Shown: one piece after another, positions 58,323 through 64,000 of the stretch | Position numbering within the stretch: the first letter of the stretch is position 1 | How the letters are laid out: each line of letters opens with the position of its first letter | Assembly (NCBI RefSeq): GCF_009914755.1 | Contig: NC_060933.1 | Direction: 5' to 3' (one strand) | DNA length: 64,000 nt | From: the human T2T-CHM13v2.0 reference genome, Homo sapiens | Notes under the pieces: generated by a model | The model's database searches: none | What the model was told of the DNA's origin: nothing | What the model saw: only the letters and a program-made list of their open reading frames with translations | Made by a program: the position numbers and the translations under genes

Positions 58323-59281
58323 AAAAGTATTTCCTAATGTCCTGGGCCAGAAAGACTCCTATAAGCCACCATGTTCTCCCCCATGCCCCTCAAGCCACTG
58401 CTGCAATACACATTTCCTTTCCTCCACCTTACTTCCAGAATACTTGTATCAAACCATTCCTCACACCACATTCCATGATACCCTTGATTCTCTTGGCTGA
58501 GGTTCTCAGTATTAGCTCTCCCCTTTTCACCTTGCCTCTCAGACTTGGTTCAAGATACCCCTTGGCTTCCCCTCTAATTAAACCTATTCTCCACTCTGTC
58601 CCATCTGCCATGTTCCCAAAACCTGCAACTTCTGCACAGCCCTGTGGACAAGCATCTCACCCATTTATCAGGTGTGAGGATTAAGCACCAACTAGATTCT
58701 CTTAGTGGGAGGCCTATCAAAAAGCATTCTTTAAACTCTTCTTTTAAACTGATGATGGTACAAAGCACTATAGAAACAGACGAGGAAATACAAAGTATGA
58801 CTCTAGAAATAAGCAATAATGTAAACCTAACTTAAAGCTAGAAAATAACTTCTGTAATTCCAACAAACCCATGATTAATTATACAGTGTGGATTTAAAAG
58901 TATACATCTACATGTAGAGAGCTTAAAAAAAATCAAAGCTTGTAATGTATGACAAATTCCTGAAAAAATATTTTTCCATTGAAAAAGAACTCAACACAAC
59001 TCAACTAATTATGTGGGAGGATTCATATGTAGTTATTCATGCATATAAAAAATTAATTATAGGTTTTCTGCAGTCTATATTACACATATACACCCACATC
59101 ACATGCATCCTATTTGGCCTCTTTTCTCTTTCACTTATAGTTCCTGTATACCTGCCTTATAATGTCAGGGTACTTGTTAGCCTAAAGTCCTAAGTCTGAA
59201 AGAAAAGAAGAACTAGAATAAGATTATTTAGTGGCCTCAGGAAAAAGATTTTGTTGTGACCTTGAATAATTTCATTAATGG

Positions 59282-59313
<32 letters not shown>
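59282..59313 (+). repeat. (AT)n microsatellite
   Basis: atatataatatatatatatatatatatata. Confidence 0.93.
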
Positions 59314-59415
59314 GGTGGGAGGAACACCTGACCCTGGGAGGTCGAGGCTGGTGATGCAGTGAGCCATGATCATGCCACTGCACTCCAGCCTGGGCAACCA
59401 GAGTGAGACCTTGTC
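59314..59415 (+). mobile_element. Alu right-monomer fragment
   Basis: cctgggaggtcgaggctg...gagccatgatcatgccactgcactccagcctgggcaac. Confidence 0.88.
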
Positions 59416-61974
59416 ACACACACATGTACATGTACACACAGACACAAAATTCTAGCATTTAAGAACATGTTTCTCCCAAGGATATGGGCTGATTACTGAA
59501 GAGGCAACTAAGGGGCTCAAAGGTGATCAGAGGTTTCAAATCCCCAACAGGATGAAGAAGACAAAACTGTAATTTTTTGTAGGGCCCACAGAATAGAAGA
59601 GGTCCCAGTAAGTGCTTTAGGCTTTGGGTTGGACCTCAAATAATTATACCTCATGAGATGGGTAAAAAGGAAATAGATGAATCCTCAGAGACTAAGCCCA
59701 TCTTCAAATCACCTAAACCCCTAATTGGGAAGGAAGGAAGGATGGAGCAAGGGGATGAGACAATTGCTAGCATGACTAGCCTTAAAAAACAAAATTAATA
59801 TAAATCCTCTCTGGAGGAGGATAATATTACCCTAGACCTTAAAATATACCTGGTTTTGAATATACAACAATTGGCACTCAATAAAAAATTACGAAGTAAA
59901 CAGGGACAAAAGAAAGGTGACAACAGAGATTCAAAGCAATAGAAACAGACCCAGAAGGGATTCAAATAATACTGGCCTCAGACACAGTTATTTCACAGAC
60001 TGAAATAACTTTGCTCAATATGAGAAAGAAAGAAAGACGTGGAAGGGAGAGAGAGAGGGAGATAAGATGGAAGACAGGGAGGGGAAGAAAGTTTAAAAAG
60101 ATTGAGAGTTTTGCATAAAATTAAAACTGATAAATTAGATTTTAGAACAAAAAAATGAATTAATAACTCAGTGGACAATAGATTAGTTGAAGAAAAAAAC
60201 AAGTGAACAGATAGGTCAGAAAAAAATATCCAGATTAAGCCCAAATGGATAACACTGAAAAAGAGAAGGGAGAGTAAGTTATATATGAACTACTGTGACT
60301 AGGCCTAACTTGTATGTCATTGGGAGTCCCAGAAAAAAGATAGAAAGAGAATTGGCTTACAAGAAATAATAAGTAATGTTAAGAAATACCCAAAATTCAT
60401 ACCAAAAAATCAGATCCCAGATTTAAGAAACACTCTAAACCTCAAGCAGGACAAATGCAAAGACATTAACACCTACACTAATCATAGTGCAACTGCTAAA
60501 AATTAAAAATGAAAAGGAAAAACTTAAAAGTAGCCAAAAAAAAAAAAGAAAAAAAAATTGCCATTAAAGGAACACCCATAAGACTTACAGATGACTTTCC
60601 AGCAGAAACAATGTAAGCCAGAAGACAATGAGATGATATTTTAAAGATCCTGAAAGAAAATAAATGCCAAGCTAGATTTCTATACCCAATGAAAATATCA
60701 AAAACCAAACTGAGATTCTGACAAGAAGGTTGCAGAACTGTCATACAGTTTCTAAAACTCTGAGTTCCCAAAGATAGGGATCTCTTCTAGGACAAGGACC
60801 TACAGCAAAGTGAAGCTTCTGGAAGTAAAATCAAAATTGAACAGTATAGAGACCACAGAACTGAAATAAAGAAAAAGTTCAGGAAAAGGCAGGAGAAGGG
60901 AACGGAGCCAGGCAAGATTAGGCCACAAATCATATGCTTTTAAGCATCACAGGAAAACTTTACAAGAGATAGCTCAGTGAAGTATAACAGCTACCTACTT
61001 CTCCTCCTAAAGGTTCAGAAAAACTAATTTCACATATAAATGAGCAATAAATGAGTGTTAATGTAAGATCCTATAGGAAGTTATGATTAGAAAAAGCAGA
61101 GTAAGATTCAGACTAATGTCCCTAGAGACAATGAAGGCATGATAGACAAACATCAACACAAAATAAAAACCATAACCTTCCTTTCAAATTAGTTAAAATA
61201 CTTTAAGAAAATTACACATGACATGAAATAATACACAAATCAGAATTACAAAAATGTAAAAATGAGGTGATGAACTCACAAAAAAAATTCAGACTTAAAA
61301 GAAAAAAATCATCTCCAATATGAAAACCAATTAGAGAAAACACAGTAACAACAACAACAACAACAAACCACAACAGATAATGCCTTAAGAGAAACAGAAG
61401 GTAAAAGGAGATAAATTCAAAAAATCCTGAGGAAATAGCTAAAAGGGATTCAAAGTAAAGTGACAAATATTGAAGATAGGAAAAGAAAATCAAACAGATG
61501 GATAATAAAAGGCAAAAGAAGAAATAAAAAACAAGGAAACAGGTACAAAAAAAGAACTGATACAAGAAGAAATAGAAAACCTGAATAGGTATAATAACTA
61601 TTAAATACAGGGAACACATAATTAAGACATGTTTAATGGAGAAAACTACAAGCTCTTATGGCTTCATTAGTAAGTTCTTCCAACCTTTTAAGGAACAACA
61701 CATATCAATATCACACCAAATTTTCCAGAGAATAGAGAAAGAGGAAACACTCGTTTTGAGGCCAGTAAAACCTTGATACTAAAATCTAAAGACAATGCAA
61801 GAAAGGAAATTTATCCCTCATTTAAACATTGATGTGAAAATTCTAAACAAAATTTTAGCAAAAGGAATGCAGCAATATATTAAATAATAATACATGACAA
61901 CCTACTTGAATTTATTCCAATAACACAAAGGAGATGTCTTAATCTGATAAAGGTTATCTATTTTTAAAAACTGT

Positions 61975-62405
61975 GTCTCACCTGAATGTTCATCCAAATG
62001 GATAAGCAAATTATAATATTTATACAATGGAATACTACTTACCAGTAAAAAGAATAAACTGCTGATAGGTGAAGCAATATGGATGATTCTCAAAAAATCT
62101 TTATGTTGAGTGAAAGAAGCCAGAACCAAGAGAATTCCATTTCTGTAAGGAAATGCTATAGAATACCATTTCTATAAGGTTTAAGAAAAGCAAAACTAAT
62201 CTATGGTAACATAAATCAGAACAGTTGTTGTCTCTGGTGGGGTAAAGGAATTGGAAATAAAGAGAAGAGTATATGGGAAACTGAGCTACATCTTGACTGA
62301 GGTGTTAATTACGCAGGTGTATACATGTTTCAAAATTCAAACTGTATGCTTAAGATTTGTTCATTTTACTATATGTGAGTTATAAATCAATCAAAAAACT
62401 CAATT
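61975..62405 (+). mobile_element. L1MD/ME-type 3' end nested in the L1 ORF2 remnant
   Basis: tacaatggaatactac...tggatgattctc...tgttgagtgaaagaagccaga...aaactaatctatgg...cttaagatttgttcattttact. Confidence 0.7.
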
Positions 62406-62478
62406 AAAAAAACCTATAGCCACCGTGGTACTGAAAGGTGAAATGTGGAAAGTTTTCCCTTCAAAACAGGGAAAAGAG

Positions 62479-62795
<317 letters not shown>

Positions 62796-63435
62796 CCAGA
62801 AAAGAATAGGAAATCCTGCCATCATCAATCTCATTAAACATTATACTGCTGGTCTTAAGCCCACGTAATAAGAACAAGAAAGGAAGGCATAAGGATTAGA
62901 AGAGGAAATAAAACTATTATTTGCAGGCAACATGATTGTGTTTAAAAAAATACAATATCTACAGATAAATTATTGGAATCAATAAAACAGCTTAGCAAAT
63001 GTGCTGGATACTACGTCAGGTTTCAAAATTTAACTGTATTTCAACACATCCACAAATATTTAGAGTATGAAATTCAAAGATACCATTTACAATAGCAGAG
63101 AACACTAAATACCCAGAAATAAATATAATGAAAATAAGCAAGACTTATACACGAATATCTATAATAACTGAAAGAAATGACAAAAGGACCTACATTACAT
63201 AAAGGAATCTGTCATGTTCATTATATAGTCTTCATGTGAAGACTAAATATGTAAATAATCAAATCTCCTCACATTTATATCAATTCAATGAAATCCCAAT
63301 ACAAATCTTAGCAAGGCACTTTAAGGGAAATTAACAAACCAATTCAAAAATTATATGAAACTACAAAGACCAATAATAACCAAGAAAAAACTTTTAACAA
63401 TAACAAAATGGGAAGACTTAGTCTACTAGGTATTA

Positions 63436-64000
<565 letters not shown>

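Noticed and set aside
58229-58684. 151-aa plus-strand ORF
   Set aside because: It starts inside an Alu, runs through its A-tail into L2-like pyrimidine-rich sequence, and has no recognisable domain.
59993-62129. Hydrophobic F/L-rich minus-strand ORFs resembling membrane proteins
   Set aside because: They are antisense readings of A-rich L1 remnants.

Overview
Primate (almost certainly human) genomic DNA lying entirely inside DENND1A (connecdenn 1, a Rab35 GEF; 9q33.3, next to LHX2), which is transcribed on the minus strand. Only two small coding exons are present: a 44-nt exon at 24411-24454 encoding (D)PEVQRQFPEDYSDQ and a 50-nt exon at 1338-1387 encoding EVLQTLTKFCFPFYVD(S). They are separated by a 23,023-nt phase-0 intron. 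The rest is intronic. It contains about 22 Alus, L1, L2 and MIR relics, a THE1B-type solo LTR, two MLT1 LTRs, several DNA-transposon MITEs (MER58, MER94, MER5A, MER30, Tigger3, Tigger4b) and microsatellites. Repeat-poor, homeobox-motif-rich blocks look like conserved non-coding enhancers. None of the supplied ORFs is credible as a gene. I found no novel multi-gene system. The best leads are a candidate in-frame 84-nt cassette or recursive-splicing exon at 1709-1792, the weak splice sites of the 44-nt exon, putative enhancer blocks, close inverted Alu pairs, and several template-switch and nested-insertion scars. Repeat subfamily names come from recalled consensus sequences, and repeat boundaries are approximate.
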